Shown in pieces: positions 29,832 through 39,392 of a stretch of 64,000 nt of DNA; the stretch's first letter is position 1, and the number at the start of each line of letters is the position of its first letter. Below the pieces are notes generated by a model. It saw only the letters and a list, made by a program, of their open reading frames with translations. It was not told where the DNA came from and did no database searches. The translations under genes were made by a program, and so were the position numbers. The stretch comes from an uncultured Thermoleophilia bacterium (GTDB taxonomy: Bacteria; Actinomycetota; Thermoleophilia; Miltoncostaeales; Miltoncostaeaceae), in contig CAVZQZ010000007.1 in NCBI GenBank assembly GCA_963777565.1, positions 55,209 to 119,208 of the forward strand. The letters run 5' to 3'.

Positions 29832-30956
29832 GTGAAGCGTTCCGTTCGCAACACCATGACCGCGGCGATCGTCGGGGGCGCGTTGTTCGCCACCGCCGCC
29901 GCCGCGCTCGCCGAGACGAAGGGATCGGGTGCGACGTTCCCCCGCCTCGCCTATCAAACCTGGTGCCAGGAGAGCGGCGGCCTCTGCAGCTACACCGCAA
30001 AGGGATCGACGGGCGGCATCAACGACTTCATCAACGGCGTCGTCGACTTCGGTGCCTCCGACGCTCCCCTCACCGACTCGCAACGTGCCGACCTCGCTTC
30101 GAAGCGTGGCGGCGCCGGAGTCCTCTACTTCCCGACGCTGCTCGGTGCGGTGACCATCCCGACCAACATTGCGGGTCAGCCGGGCGCTTTGCAGCTCCGG
30201 GCGAAGACCCTCGGCCGCATCTTCGCGGGCGAGATCACCAAGTGGAACGATCCGGCAATCGTCGGTGACAACGCGACCAACCCGCGCACGAAGGGCTTCA
30301 AGTTCCCCAACCAGGCGATCATCGTCTGCGTCCGCCAGGACGGATCAGGCACGAGCTTCGCGTTCAGCTCGTTCCTCTCGAAGGCGAGCGCGCCCTTCAA
30401 GGCGAAGGTCGGCGTAAGTCAGTTACCGGCGTGGACCGCACCTCAGATCGTCCGCGGCCCGGGCAACGTTGGCGTCGCAAGCTGTGTGACGCAGAACTCG
30501 GGCGCCATTGGCTACGTCGACCTCGGTGACGCTCGCAACGCCGGGCTCGGCAAGAACCTCGCCGCGGTCGGCAAGAGCGAGGTCATCCACGTCAAGCGGA
30601 AGATCAACGGCAGGGTGCGCACCGTCGCGATCCGGCGTCTCACCTACAAGCCGCCGTCGGTGCCCGCGATCGTCCGTGCCGGCAACGTCACGGCGAAGCA
30701 GATCCCGTCGAACCTGCTCCTCGACCTGTCGCTCAGCCCGGCGGTGGGCGCCTACCCAATCGTCACCACGACCTGGATCCTGGCGTACACCGACTTCAAC
30801 CAGGCGGGCAAGGGCGGGAGCCTGGCGGGTGTCAAGTCGGTGCTGAACTACTTCTACAGCACGGGCGCACAGGCACGGCTCACGCAGCTCGGCTTCGCCC
30901 CGCTCCCGGCGACGATCCTCACCGCCGCCAAGAAGCAGATGACCAAGCTCAAGTAG
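29832..30956 (+). CDS. pstS: Second phosphate-binding protein PstS (lipoprotein/secreted)
   Basis: 374 aa with a signal-like N-terminus. Reads GSGATFPRLAYQTW...KGSTGGINDFINGVVDFGASDAPL and GKITKWNDPAIVGDN, paralogous to the 5' pstS. Confidence 0.85.
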   Translation: MKRSVRNTMTAAIVGGALFATAAAALAETKGSGATFPRLAYQTWCQESGGLCSYTAKGSTGGINDFINGVVDFGASDAPLTDSQRADLASKRGGAGVLYFPTLLGAVTIPTNIAGQPGALQLRAKTLGRIFAGEITKWNDPAIVGDNATNPRTKGFKFPNQAIIVCVRQDGSGTSFAFSSFLSKASAPFKAKVGVSQLPAWTAPQIVRGPGNVGVASCVTQNSGAIGYVDLGDARNAGLGKNLAAVGKSEVIHVKRKINGRVRTVAIRRLTYKPPSVPAIVRAGNVTAKQIPSNLLLDLSLSPAVGAYPIVTTTWILAYTDFNQAGKGGSLAGVKSVLNYFYSTGAQARLTQLGFAPLPATILTAAKKQMTKLK

Positions 30957-31002
30957 GGCGGCCCATCTCACCAACCGTCACACCACCCGGAGCGTCGTCG
31001 CC

Positions 31003-32988
31003 ATGACGGCGCTCCGGCCCGCGCCGGCCGAGGGTCCCGGACACCCGGTACCCCCGCCGGCGCGCTCACTCCGGCGGAGCCGGTCGGGCATGTTCGCCGA
31101 CCGGCTCTACGTCGTTCTTGTCGCGCTCGCGGCGCTCGCCGGGTTCGTGGCGATCGCCTACCTGCTCATGCGGACCTTCGGGGAGACCCAGGAGACCTGG
31201 CAGGAGGTGGGCTTCTGGGATTTCGTCACCGGCACGGAGTGGGCCCCGGCGGCCGGCAAGTACGGTGCGCTCCCGGCGATCTACGGAACACTCGTGACGT
31301 CGGCAATCGCCATGGTCATCGCGGTCCCGATCGCCGTCGCGGTCGCGATCGCGACGACGGTCATGTTGCCGTCCAGATTGCGGGGGCCCGTTGCGGGGAT
31401 CATCGACCTGCTCGCCGCAATCCCCTCGGTCGTCTACGGGCTGTGGGGATTTCTCGTGCTGGTCCCTCGGACGAAGCCGGGCCTCGAGTGGATCGCCGAC
31501 CACAACATGGGGATCGGCGCCCTGGAGGGGCCGGTGCTCGGGGGCTCGCTCATCCTCGCCGGCCTCGTGCTGTCGGTGATGGTCCTGCCCATCATCACCG
31601 CGGTGGTGCGCGAAGTGCTGGCGACGGTCCCGGTCGAGCAGCGAGAAGCCGCGCTCGCGCTCGGGGCGACGCGCTGGGAGATGATCCGCGGCGCGATGCT
31701 CCCGTGGGCCCGGTCCGGGATCGTCGGCGCCTCGGCGCTGGGCCTCGGGCGCGCGGTCGGGGAGACCGTGGCGGTGGCCCTCGTGCTCGGCAGCCAGCCA
31801 AGGCTGTTCGAGTCGTTGCTGGGATCGGGGCAGACCCTCGCCGCCACCATCGCGTTCGAGTACAACGGCGCTGTCAGCTCGCTCCACACCTCGGCGCTGG
31901 TCGCCATGGCGGTCATCGTGTTCGTCGTCGCGTTCGCGATCAACCTCCTCGCGCGGTCGCTTGTGGGCCGCTCGGGAGGCGGCGGAGGGCGGATCCGGCG
32001 GGGGGCACGGCATATGGGAGGCGCCGTGGCAATCCTGATGCGAAGGGTCACGGACAAGCTTCGCCCGGCGCGGCCGGTGTTGCCCGGCTCGCCCTGGGTA
32101 CCCGCCGTACCACGGCCGGCGCTGCGTCCGGTGAGTCGGTTCCGACGTATCCGTTCGCGGGCGGTCGAGCTCGCGATCATGGCCTCGGTCCCCATTGCGT
32201 TCATTCCGCTCGGGCTCGTGATCGGCTACTGCCTCACCAAGGGCGCAGGTGCGCTCTCGCTCGACTTCTTCACGAGCGACGGCGAGCCCGATGTCGTGGG
32301 GAACGGGATCAAGCACGCGCTGGTCGGCACCATCATCCTCATCGGGGTCGCGACGGTGGTCGCCGTCCCCCTCGGGGTGCTCACGGCGCTGTTCATCCGG
32401 GAGGCCGCATCCCGAGGTCCGCTCATGCGGCGTATCGGCGGGCTCCTCGGCGCGTACGTCGACGTGCTGCTCGGCGTACCGTCCGTCGTCGCCGGCATCA
32501 CGATCTCGATCGTCGTGGTCGCCGCCATGGGCACGTTCTCAGCCCTCGCCGGAGGCCTCGCGCTCGCCTTCATCATGTACCCGATCGTCGTGCGCTCGGC
32601 GGACGAGATCCTGCGTCTCGTGCCGCAGGCTCACGTGGAGGCGGCGCTGGCGCTCGGCTCCCCGCGGTGGCGCACCACGTGGAGCGTGGTGCTCCCCGCT
32701 GCGGCGCCGGGCCTGCTGACCGGGGTGATGATCGCGATCGCCCGGGTGAGTGGCGAGACCGCGCCGCTCCTGTTCACCGCGGGCGGGGCGCAGTTCTTCT
32801 CCTCCAGCCTCCTCGAGCCCATTACCGCCCTGCCCGTGTACATCTTCAACGGAACGATCAACTCGACGGTGCCCGAGGCACAGTCGCACGCGTGGGGCGC
32901 GGCGCTTGTGCTCGTCGGGCTCGTCCTGCTCCTCAACCTGGTCGCCCGGCTGATCGCGCGATTCACGCAACCCCTGGAGGCACGATGA
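31003..32988 (+). CDS. Fused phosphate ABC permease PstC-PstA (single 661-aa ORF)
   Basis: The N-half is PstC-like ([21 protein letters not shown]) and the C-half PstA-like ([20 protein letters not shown]). An Arg-rich linker of about 60 aa joins them with no stop between. Confidence 0.8.
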   Translation: MTALRPAPAEGPGHPVPPPARSLRRSRSGMFADRLYVVLVALAALAGFVAIAYLLMRTFGETQETWQEVGFWDFVTGTEWAPAAGKYGALPAIYGTLVTSAIAMVIAVPIAVAVAIATTVMLPSRLRGPVAGIIDLLAAIPSVVYGLWGFLVLVPRTKPGLEWIADHNMGIGALEGPVLGGSLILAGLVLSVMVLPIITAVVREVLATVPVEQREAALALGATRWEMIRGAMLPWARSGIVGASALGLGRAVGETVAVALVLGSQPRLFESLLGSGQTLAATIAFEYNGAVSSLHTSALVAMAVIVFVVAFAINLLARSLVGRSGGGGGRIRRGARHMGGAVAILMRRVTDKLRPARPVLPGSPWVPAVPRPALRPVSRFRRIRSRAVELAIMASVPIAFIPLGLVIGYCLTKGAGALSLDFFTSDGEPDVVGNGIKHALVGTIILIGVATVVAVPLGVLTALFIREAASRGPLMRRIGGLLGAYVDVLLGVPSVVAGITISIVVVAAMGTFSALAGGLALAFIMYPIVVRSADEILRLVPQAHVEAALALGSPRWRTTWSVVLPAAAPGLLTGVMIAIARVSGETAPLLFTAGGAQFFSSSLLEPITALPVYIFNGTINSTVPEAQSHAWGAALVLVGLVLLLNLVARLIARFTQPLEAR

Positions 32989-33866
32989 ACGACCCCGCCG
33001 GCTCGACCGTCGATGCCGCCACCGATACCGGCCTCGCCCGGCTGGCGACGAGCCGGACCGACCGCCCGGTGCGGGCCGTCACCCACGGGCCGCCGGTCAT
33101 GGAGACCGACAACCTCTCGGTGTGGTTCGGCGCCCACCAAGTGCTCGACGGCATCGACATTGCGTTCCCCGAGCGATCGGTGACCGCGATGATCGGGCCG
33201 TCGGGGTGCGGCAAGTCGACACTCATCCGGTGTCTCAACCGGATGCACGAGCTTGTCCCGGGCGCACGCGTGCGCGGCGGGGTGCGGCTCCGCGGGAAGG
33301 AGCTGTACTCGGCGGACGCCGACCCCGTCGCCATCCGGCGGTCGGTCGGCATGGTGTTCCAGCGTCCCAACCCCTTCCCGACGAAGTCGATCGCCGAGAA
33401 CGTGCTCTCCGGTCCGCGCTTCAACCGCATCAAGCTCTCACGCGGGCGCCGCGACGAGCTGGTCGAGCGGGCGCTGGAAGGCGCCGGCCTGTGGAGCGAG
33501 GTCAAGAACCGCCTCGGTGCGCCGGCCGGCGGGTTGTCGGGAGGCCAGCAGCAGCGCCTGTGCATCGCGCGGGCCCTCGCGGTCGAGCCGGACGTCCTGC
33601 TCATGGACGAGCCGTGCTCCGCGCTGGATCCGCAGTCGACCTACCGCATCGAGGACCTCATCGACGAGCTCAAGCTCCGGCTTACGATCGTGATCGTGAC
33701 GCACAACATGCAGCAGGCCGCGCGAGTCAGCGACTTCACGGCCTTCGTCACGATCGAGAACGAAGGCGAGCCCGGGCGCCTCGTCGAGTGCGCGCCCACG
33801 CGCCAGCTCTTCACCAGCCCGCAGCACGAGCGCACCGAGGCGTATGTGACCGGCCGGTTCGGCTGA
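32985..33866 (+). CDS. pstB: Phosphate import ATP-binding protein PstB (second copy)
   Basis: ATGA overlap with the pstCA stop. Reads [34 protein letters not shown] and the C-terminus YVTGRFG. Confidence 0.9.
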   Translation: MNDPAGSTVDAATDTGLARLATSRTDRPVRAVTHGPPVMETDNLSVWFGAHQVLDGIDIAFPERSVTAMIGPSGCGKSTLIRCLNRMHELVPGARVRGGVRLRGKELYSADADPVAIRRSVGMVFQRPNPFPTKSIAENVLSGPRFNRIKLSRGRRDELVERALEGAGLWSEVKNRLGAPAGGLSGGQQQRLCIARALAVEPDVLLMDEPCSALDPQSTYRIEDLIDELKLRLTIVIVTHNMQQAARVSDFTAFVTIENEGEPGRLVECAPTRQLFTSPQHERTEAYVTGRFG

Positions 33867-33923
33867 GCGGACGCTCGAGGAATCGGGGCTGACCTCGCGG
33901 GCGGCCTCGCGTCCCGGTCGGGG

Positions 33924-34232
33924 TTGCGGATAGCATCGAACGCTGTGGAATGGCTCACGAGGGGATGGGACCAGGGACACAAAGTCGCGGTGGGGGTCGG
34001 GATCGCCGTCGGTGTCGCCCTGGCCGCGCTCGGCATGTCGGGACTCGCCGAGCTCGGAGCCGTCTCGGTGGCGCTCATGATGCGCTGGGCCCTGTGGCAG
34101 ATCCCGCCCCCTGGCCGCTCGAAGGCGCCTGGGTCGCCGGCCGACTCGGGCTCGCGGCTGATGCAGCTGGCCGTGGTCGTGCTGCTGGTGACGCTGGTCA
34201 TCGAGATCGTGATGTCGCCGGTCACCACCTAG
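33924..34232 (+). CDS. Small membrane protein (hypothetical)
   Basis: 102-aa ORF with high GC3 and 2-3 hydrophobic helices (VAVGVGIAVGVALAALGMSGL and LMQLAVVVLLVTLVIEIVM). Start uncertain. Confidence 0.4.
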   Translation: MRIASNAVEWLTRGWDQGHKVAVGVGIAVGVALAALGMSGLAELGAVSVALMMRWALWQIPPPGRSKAPGSPADSGSRLMQLAVVVLLVTLVIEIVMSPVTT

Positions 34233-34277
34233 CGGTTCCCCCCGTGGCGCTGCGCGCAGGTCTTTACACTCAAGCCC

Positions 34278-34712
34278 ATGGCACGCTTCCATGCGGAGAT
34301 CCGCTCACCGCTCTCCCCTGACGAGGCGTTCGCGCGAATGGCCGCGTTCGACCGGGTGCCCGAATGGGATCCGGCCACGAGCGCATCGACGCGCGTGGGT
34401 GAGGCCACCGGATTGGGCGCCGAATACGACGTGACGACCAGGTTCGGCGGCCGGACGATGGTGGTTCGCTACCGGACGACCGCCTACGAGCCGGGGCGGC
34501 GATTCGTGGTCGAGGCGGCGCTGCCGAACGGCGTCGGGCTGCGTGACGAAATCACCGTCGCGCCCGACGGCGCCGGATCCGTCGTGACCTACGACGCGCG
34601 CATCGTACCGAAGGGGCTCTGGCGTCTGGCCGACCCGATCTTCCATCTCATCTTCACACGGCTCGGCGCGCGAGCCGTTCCCGAGATCCGCAGGTTCCTG
34701 GGGAACACCTAG
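34278..34712 (+). CDS. SRPBCC (polyketide cyclase/START-like) family protein
   Basis: 144 aa. Reads MARFHAEIRSPLSPDEAFARMAAFDRVPEWDP...RFVVEAALPNGVGLRDEITV. Confidence 0.75.
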   Translation: MARFHAEIRSPLSPDEAFARMAAFDRVPEWDPATSASTRVGEATGLGAEYDVTTRFGGRTMVVRYRTTAYEPGRRFVVEAALPNGVGLRDEITVAPDGAGSVVTYDARIVPKGLWRLADPIFHLIFTRLGARAVPEIRRFLGNT

Positions 34713-35803
34713 GGACCGGCGAGCGAGTCGCCGGTCGCGACGTCGTGGTGGTGGCCTTCGGCCTCCGCCTCGGCCTCCGCCTCCTCCTGCAGCTGGCGGA
34801 AGCTCACGCCCTCGACCATGAGGAACATGAATCCGATGACGACGCCGACGACAACCTCCGTGGCCTGAAGCCCAACGGCGAACGCGAGCGCGCTCGCGCT
34901 CGACACCGGGTAGCTGTGGGTGATCGGCACGACGACGGCGGCCTGGAACACGCCGAGGTTGCCCGGGAGGACGGGAAAGATCTGGGCGATGGTGACCGTG
35001 ACCAGTAGCAGGCCCGCGCCGCTCCAGCCGACAACGTCGAGGCCAAACGCGCGAAGCGCGCAGTAGATCCCGACCAGCTGCGCGCCCCACGAGGCGACGC
35101 TCGGTACGGCGACCGCGGCCAGCTGACGGGGGTTGCGAAGCCCGAGGTGGCTTTCGCGGACCGCACCCCATAGCCGCGCGAACGCTCGCTTGGCCCGGTG
35201 CCATAACGGTCCGGTCGACAGCCACGGCGGCATGTGCCGGCCGGGGCTGCGCAGCAGCGCAACCAGGATGATCGTCAGGCAAACGCAGCCGACCACCGCC
35301 GTGGTGATCCACACCGTGTTCGACAGCGGGAGGAACAGCCCGACCGTAATGACCACCGCGACCAAAGCGATGGTCGACACCAGGTTCTCGACCACGACCG
35401 ACCCCAGCAGCATCGTGTTACCGACGGTCTCGCCGCGCGCTGCGAGGCGACGCCGGGCGAGAAGCACCTTGACGAACTCGCCGAGGCGCGCGGCGAGCAC
35501 GGTGTTGAAGAGGAAACCCACGAAGAGGGGGCTCACCAGGTCGCGAACGCGCGTGCGGGACCGGATCGCCGGCAAGCCGTCCACGACCCCCTTCCACGCC
35601 CATCCCTTGAACACCACGGAGGCGGTGTTCGCGGCGATCGCGGCCATCACGAAGGCCCACGAGGTCGGGTGCAGGGCGGCGCGCAGCGCGCCGAGATCGA
35701 CTTTCCACGCCACCAGGGCGGCGGCGGCGACGACCAGCAGTACCCGGATCGGCCCGCGGACCTTCCGCGCGATCCGGCGTACCTCGGTGACGTTGGTCGT
35801 CAC
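34709..35803 (-). CDS. Flippase-like membrane protein (UPF0104 / lysylphosphatidylglycerol-synthase TM-region family)
   Basis: Polytopic protein (WKGVVDGLP..., RLGEFVKVLLARR, PGNLGVFQAAVV). Its GTGA overlaps the upstream deacetylase stop. Confidence 0.75.
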   Translation of the reverse strand: MTTNVTEVRRIARKVRGPIRVLLVVAAAALVAWKVDLGALRAALHPTSWAFVMAAIAANTASVVFKGWAWKGVVDGLPAIRSRTRVRDLVSPLFVGFLFNTVLAARLGEFVKVLLARRRLAARGETVGNTMLLGSVVVENLVSTIALVAVVITVGLFLPLSNTVWITTAVVGCVCLTIILVALLRSPGRHMPPWLSTGPLWHRAKRAFARLWGAVRESHLGLRNPRQLAAVAVPSVASWGAQLVGIYCALRAFGLDVVGWSGAGLLLVTVTIAQIFPVLPGNLGVFQAAVVVPITHSYPVSSASALAFAVGLQATEVVVGVVIGFMFLMVEGVSFRQLQEEAEAEAEAEGHHHDVATGDSLAGP

Positions 35804-36591
35804 GCGACCAGCTCGCTGAGCGTCACCGGCTCGAGCCCCCGCGTTCGAGCTGTGGAGCAGATCACGGGGATGGCCTGCGCCGTCTGGACGCGTGACGCCT
35901 CCGGGCGCCATCCGTCGGCGTCGTGCAGGAGGATGATCGATCCCGGCGCGAGGTCTCGCGCGACGCGAGCGGCGATGACATCCGCGCCCGGTTGGTCGGA
36001 GTCGAACACGCCGGTCGTCCAGCCGGCGACCCGGTAGCCGGCCTGAGCGGCCGCGAGCGCGGTCGCCGGACCGCGGAAGCCGTGAGGTGCCCGGAAGAGG
36101 CGGCTGACGGAGCCCGGCCCGGCGGCATCTTCGATCGCCCGCTCGGTTCGGCGAAGCTGGTCCGCGACGTGGGCGCGGCCGCGAAAGACGAGGATGCCGT
36201 GGTCGTAGCCGTGGCTTGCGATCTCATGGCCGTCGGTCGCGATGCGTCGCACCAGCTCGGGATGCTCCTCGGCCTGTCGCCCGAGCACGAAGAAGGTGGC
36301 GCGCACGTCGGCGTCGCGGAGCGCGTCGAGCACTGCCGGCGTCGACGGCCCCGGGCCGTCGTCGAATGTGAGGGCGATGCGACCGTCGCGGCAGGGGCCG
36401 CGGTGGAGGACGCGCCCGAACAGTGGGCTGTTGCGGGCGAATGCGCCCCACGCGGCGAGTGCACCGGCCCCGGCGAGGACGAGCCCCACCGCCGGTTTGC
36501 GTCGGCCTGCGAGCGCGGCGGCGGCGGCGATTCCTGTTTCGAGCATCAGCGCTCGGCGGACGGTCTCGCCTTTTCGCATCGGTTCGGCCAT
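35800..36591 (-). CDS. Polysaccharide deacetylase (NodB/CE4) with an N-terminal TM segment
   Basis: Reads IALTFDDGPGPSTPAVLDAL...ATFFVLG...GHEIASHGYDH...RAPHGF...IILLHD. ATG chosen at 36591. Confidence 0.8.
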   Translation of the reverse strand: MAEPMRKGETVRRALMLETGIAAAAALAGRRKPAVGLVLAGAGALAAWGAFARNSPLFGRVLHRGPCRDGRIALTFDDGPGPSTPAVLDALRDADVRATFFVLGRQAEEHPELVRRIATDGHEIASHGYDHGILVFRGRAHVADQLRRTERAIEDAAGPGSVSRLFRAPHGFRGPATALAAAQAGYRVAGWTTGVFDSDQPGADVIAARVARDLAPGSIILLHDADGWRPEASRVQTAQAIPVICSTARTRGLEPVTLSELVA

Positions 36592-36791
36592 CAGGGCGGT
36601 CCGGCGGACTCCGTGCATCCAACCCGGGTCTCTGATGCTAGGGGCCGGGTTGGCGCACCGCAACCGGCCGATGACGGCGGCGAACGGCGTACGCCGCGCG
36701 TCCCGATCCCCGGTTGGCACACGAAGGTCGAGAGTGCCAAACCGGTGTGCGATAATCGCGGCGGGAATCGACGACCGACGAGGGTGACTGC

Positions 36792-37112
36792 GTGCCTGTT
36801 TACGAGTACCGCTGTGACAAGGGCCACACGTTCGAGGCGATTCAGCGGATGAGCGATGAGCCACTGTCGACGTGCGAGATCTGCGGGAAGCCTGCGCAGC
36901 GGGTGCTGTACGCCCCGGCGATTCACTTCAAGGGCACGGGGTTCCACAACACCGACTACGGCACCCGAAAGCGTCCCCGCGACGGGGACAAGGGGGACGG
37001 AGCCGCGAAGGACGGGGGCTCGTCGTCGGGCGGCGCCGCCGGAGCGGACGGGACGAAGAAGGTCAAGGAAGCGACCCCCGCGGACACCGCGAAGCGCACC
37101 ACCGGCCCCTAG
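36792..37112 (+). CDS. FmdB-family zinc-ribbon putative regulatory protein
   Basis: Starts MPVYEYRCDKGHTFE...STCEICG, followed by a low-complexity tail. The stop codon abuts the first REP unit. Confidence 0.8.
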   Translation: MPVYEYRCDKGHTFEAIQRMSDEPLSTCEICGKPAQRVLYAPAIHFKGTGFHNTDYGTRKRPRDGDKGDGAAKDGGSSSGGAAGADGTKKVKEATPADTAKRTTGP

Positions 37113-37245
37113 GTCCCGGGCGTTCCACAGGCCGCCCATCCCACTCCGATGGTCCCGGGCATTAACAGTCGGGAACTCCTTGCTCGGTGGTCCCGGGCGT
37201 TAACAATCGCTACTCGCTGGTTGGGTGGTGCCGGGGCTTCACAAT
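37112..37245 (+). repeat. Left REP array: four direct units of the GGTSCCGGGCRTTAACAAT core with 38-39 bp phasing
   Basis: The units start at 37112 (degenerate, GGTCCCGGGCGTTCCACAG), 37151 (GGTCCCGGGCATTAACAGT), 37189 (GGTCCCGGGCGTTAACAAT) and 37227 (GGTGCCGGGGCTTCACAAT). Confidence 0.65.
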
Positions 37246-37971
37246 CGAATGTCCACCCTGCAACCAATCGTCGTTCACGGAATGCTGCGCCTCCAGAGCG
37301 GCGGCGATCGCCGCTCCCGAGTATCCGAAACCGGCTGCGACCTCGACAGCTCGACGGGGGCCGAGCGTCTGGACGAGCGACCGGACGCTGGGTGCCGACG
37401 GTGAGAGCTTTGTGGACGCACAATGCGAAACGTCCTCTTCCACGAACTTGACCAATAGCTCCCGAGCTCGCGAGGGGTCGGGATGGAAGAGATCGAGGAT
37501 CGCTCGTGGGGTGAGGCCAGTAATCCGCGCCGCTCCCGTTGTGAGGGGCCCATAGCTGCCCCATTCCCAAGCCCCGGGCGCCGCAGTCACTCCTGCTCGG
37601 GTCGGGTTCCGCGCGACGTACCGGATCGTCGTCAACAGCTGGGCGTCGTCTTCGATCACCACCATGCGGTAGCGCTCCGAGAAGAGATGTCCCGTTCGTC
37701 CGTGGCGGCGATTGAAGTACCGCGCGTAGCGGGCCAGCAGGTCCCGCATCCCGTCGCCGACATCGGGCCTGGGCGTCGTCGCGACAAGATGAATGTGGTT
37801 GTCCATGAAGCAGTATCCGAAGCAGATCCACGATCGTCGAGCGATCACGGCATCGAGCAGGCGACGGAGATAGGCGCGGTCATCGTCATCCTCGAAGATC
37901 CGGCGTCGATTGTTCCCGCGAGCCATGAGGTGGTACGTCGCGTCTTCGCCGACGAAACGAATACGACCCAT
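37210..37971 (-). CDS. IS200-like Y1 (HUH) transposase of REP-associated (RAYT) type, with a C-terminal HTH-like region
   Basis: Reads MGRIRFVGEDATYHLMARGNNRRRIF...CFMDNHIHLVA (HUH)...TIRYVARNPTRAG (catalytic Tyr). The last ~15 codons run into the REP units. Start chosen inside ORF 37210..38334. Confidence 0.75.
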   Translation of the reverse strand: MGRIRFVGEDATYHLMARGNNRRRIFEDDDDRAYLRRLLDAVIARRSWICFGYCFMDNHIHLVATTPRPDVGDGMRDLLARYARYFNRRHGRTGHLFSERYRMVVIEDDAQLLTTIRYVARNPTRAGVTAAPGAWEWGSYGPLTTGAARITGLTPRAILDLFHPDPSRARELLVKFVEEDVSHCASTKLSPSAPSVRSLVQTLGPRRAVEVAAGFGYSGAAIAAALEAQHSVNDDWLQGGHSIVKPRHHPTSE

Positions 37972-38120
37972 CCGATGCTCCCCTCGCCGGTGTTTCTTCC
38001 AAGCGCTTAAGGCTCCAGCGACGAGAAATGGCCCCCCTTCGAACGAATCAGTATCCGTGACGGTTGACCCGACCGACTCTCGGCAAGTCGTTTGGCACGA
38101 AACGATCCGGGCCCGCGGCG

Positions 38121-38179
38121 CGATTGTTAAGCCCCGGCACCGCCGATCGGCGAAAACCTGATTGTTAACGCCCGGGACC
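38121..38179 (-). repeat. Right REP array: two inverted units, 38 bp apart
   Basis: ATTGTTAAGCCCCGGCACC (38123-38141) pairs with the unit at 37227 (18/19 over the 19-nt core, 20/21 with flanks). ATTGTTAACGCCCGGGACC (38161-38179) pairs with the unit at 37189 (perfect over the 19-nt core, 20/20 with one flanking base). Confidence 0.65.
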
Positions 38180-38215
38180 ATCGATCGGGCGGCCGGCGAA
38201 TTCAGCCCCGGGGGG

Positions 38216-39340
38216 CTAGGTGGAGCTCTGGAAGCGGCGGAGCTGGGTCTCGGCCCGGTCAGGATCCAGAACGAAGTAGAAGGTGCCACCGATCGACGTC
38301 GGATCGCCGGCCAGCACGTCCCGGTCCTTCGCATCCGTCTTCAGGCGCCCCTGCAGCCAGCCGAGCTTCGCGAGATCCATCGCCGACAGATCCGTCGAGA
38401 TCGCCCTGACCATCCGCGCGCCCCGCCACGGCGCCATCGGCAGCGCCGACCAGGACAGCACCTTCGACTTCAGCGCTGCCACCACCAACTGCTGCCGCCG
38501 CGCCCGCTCCACGTCGCCGTCGCATTTGCGCACGCGTGAGTACACCAGCGCCTGCGCCCCGTCCAGCTCGATCCGGCCCTTCGGGAAGCTCACCCTCCGA
38601 CCGCCCGGGTACTCGCACTCCCGCAGCTCGAACGGGTTGTCGAGGCTGATCCCGCCGACCGCGTCGACCATCTTCGACACGCCCTTGAAGTCGATCACCA
38701 TGATGTGGTGGATCGGCAGCCCGATCTCGTCGCGGATCGCGCGGATCACGCCGCGGTTGCCCCGGTACGCGAAGACCTCGCCCATTTTCACGTGCCCCAC
38801 TCCGGGAAGCTCGACGCGCAGGTCGCGCGGGATCGACAGGTACTTGATGTGACCCCCGTCGGGATCGGTCCGCATCACCATCAGGGTGTCCGCCCGCGCC
38901 CCGGAGCGGTCGCGATCCGCGTCGGAGCCGATGATGAGGGTGTTCTCCGGCGTTCCGAGCAGCCCGCCCTTCGGGTCGGCCAGCGCCGCCCGGGCACCGG
39001 CCGAGATGCGCTTGTTCGCATCGCTCGCCGCGCCGCTCAAGGCGAGATAGCCGAACCCCGCCCAGCCCAGCACCACCACCAGCAGCAACACGCCCACCCG
39101 GGCCGCGATGCCGCCGGGCCCCACCCCGCGAAGCGACCACCAGCGCCGTCGGGGCGGGGGAGACGCCGGTCGACGCTCGCGCGCCGCCGCCGGTCGTGCC
39201 GGCCGCTCCTGCTGTTGCTCGCGCGCCTTCGGGCCTGCCTCGTTGATCGTGCGAAGCGCCGCCAGCCCGTCTGCGGGGACGCTCGTCGCGCGGCCGTGGG
39301 CGCGGAAGCGCCGATACGGCTTCTTCGGGGGCGGGCTCAA
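38216..39340 (-). CDS. LytR-CpsA-Psr (LCP) family cell-envelope phosphotransferase
   Basis: Has a TM helix (GVLLLVVVLGWAGFGYLAL) and an LCP core (TLIIGSDADRDRSGARADTLMVMRTDPDGGHIKYLSIPRDL...IMVIDFKGVSKMVDAVGGI). The start is uncertain; a TTG was placed by residue count from the ORF track. Confidence 0.7.
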   Translation of the reverse strand: MSPPPKKPYRRFRAHGRATSVPADGLAALRTINEAGPKAREQQQERPARPAAARERRPASPPPRRRWWSLRGVGPGGIAARVGVLLLVVVLGWAGFGYLALSGAASDANKRISAGARAALADPKGGLLGTPENTLIIGSDADRDRSGARADTLMVMRTDPDGGHIKYLSIPRDLRVELPGVGHVKMGEVFAYRGNRGVIRAIRDEIGLPIHHIMVIDFKGVSKMVDAVGGISLDNPFELRECEYPGGRRVSFPKGRIELDGAQALVYSRVRKCDGDVERARRQQLVVAALKSKVLSWSALPMAPWRGARMVRAISTDLSAMDLAKLGWLQGRLKTDAKDRDVLAGDPTSIGGTFYFVLDPDRAETQLRRFQSST

Positions 39341-39392
39341 AGCGCCCCGATGGTAGCGTCCCCCGGTCGCGTTCCGTGACCGGGAGGTTCGC

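Larger units (their letters stand above)
37112..38179 (-). mobile_element. REPtron-like unit: Y1 transposase gene bracketed by nested inverted REP doublets
   Basis: Combination of the three features above: outer IR 37189/38179 and inner IR 37227/38141. Confidence 0.6.

Noticed and set aside
34757-34790. Short tandem gcctcc/gcctcg repeat encoding EAEAEAEAE at the C-terminus of the flippase-like protein
   Set aside because: It is a low-complexity acidic tail with no evidence of a functional repeat or phase-variable tract.
36619-36747. Two hairpins (CCAACCCGG...CCGGGTTGG at 36619-36653, and CCGGTTGGCAC...GTGCCAAACCGG at ~36711-36747) in the deacetylase/fmdB intergenic region
   Set aside because: They could be leader or regulatory structures, but I found no recognisable motif. 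Stems like these are common in high-GC intergenic DNA.
37112-37245. CRISPR-like appearance of the 19-nt repeats with ~19-nt spacers (also at 16015-16071 and 38123-38179)
   Set aside because: The repeat and spacer are far too short, there are only 2-4 units, the units occur in inverted sets around a Y1 transposase, and the 'spacers' are themselves partly similar. This is REP/BIME-type organisation, not CRISPR.
39295-39365. My base-by-base reading near 39300-39364 disagreed by one nucleotide with the phases implied by the ORF track for 38216..40012 and 38259..40406
   Set aside because: This is most likely my own transcription error while reading by eye. I trusted the ORF track and placed the LCP start by residue count. 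It is a reminder that my single-base frameshift positions are approximate.
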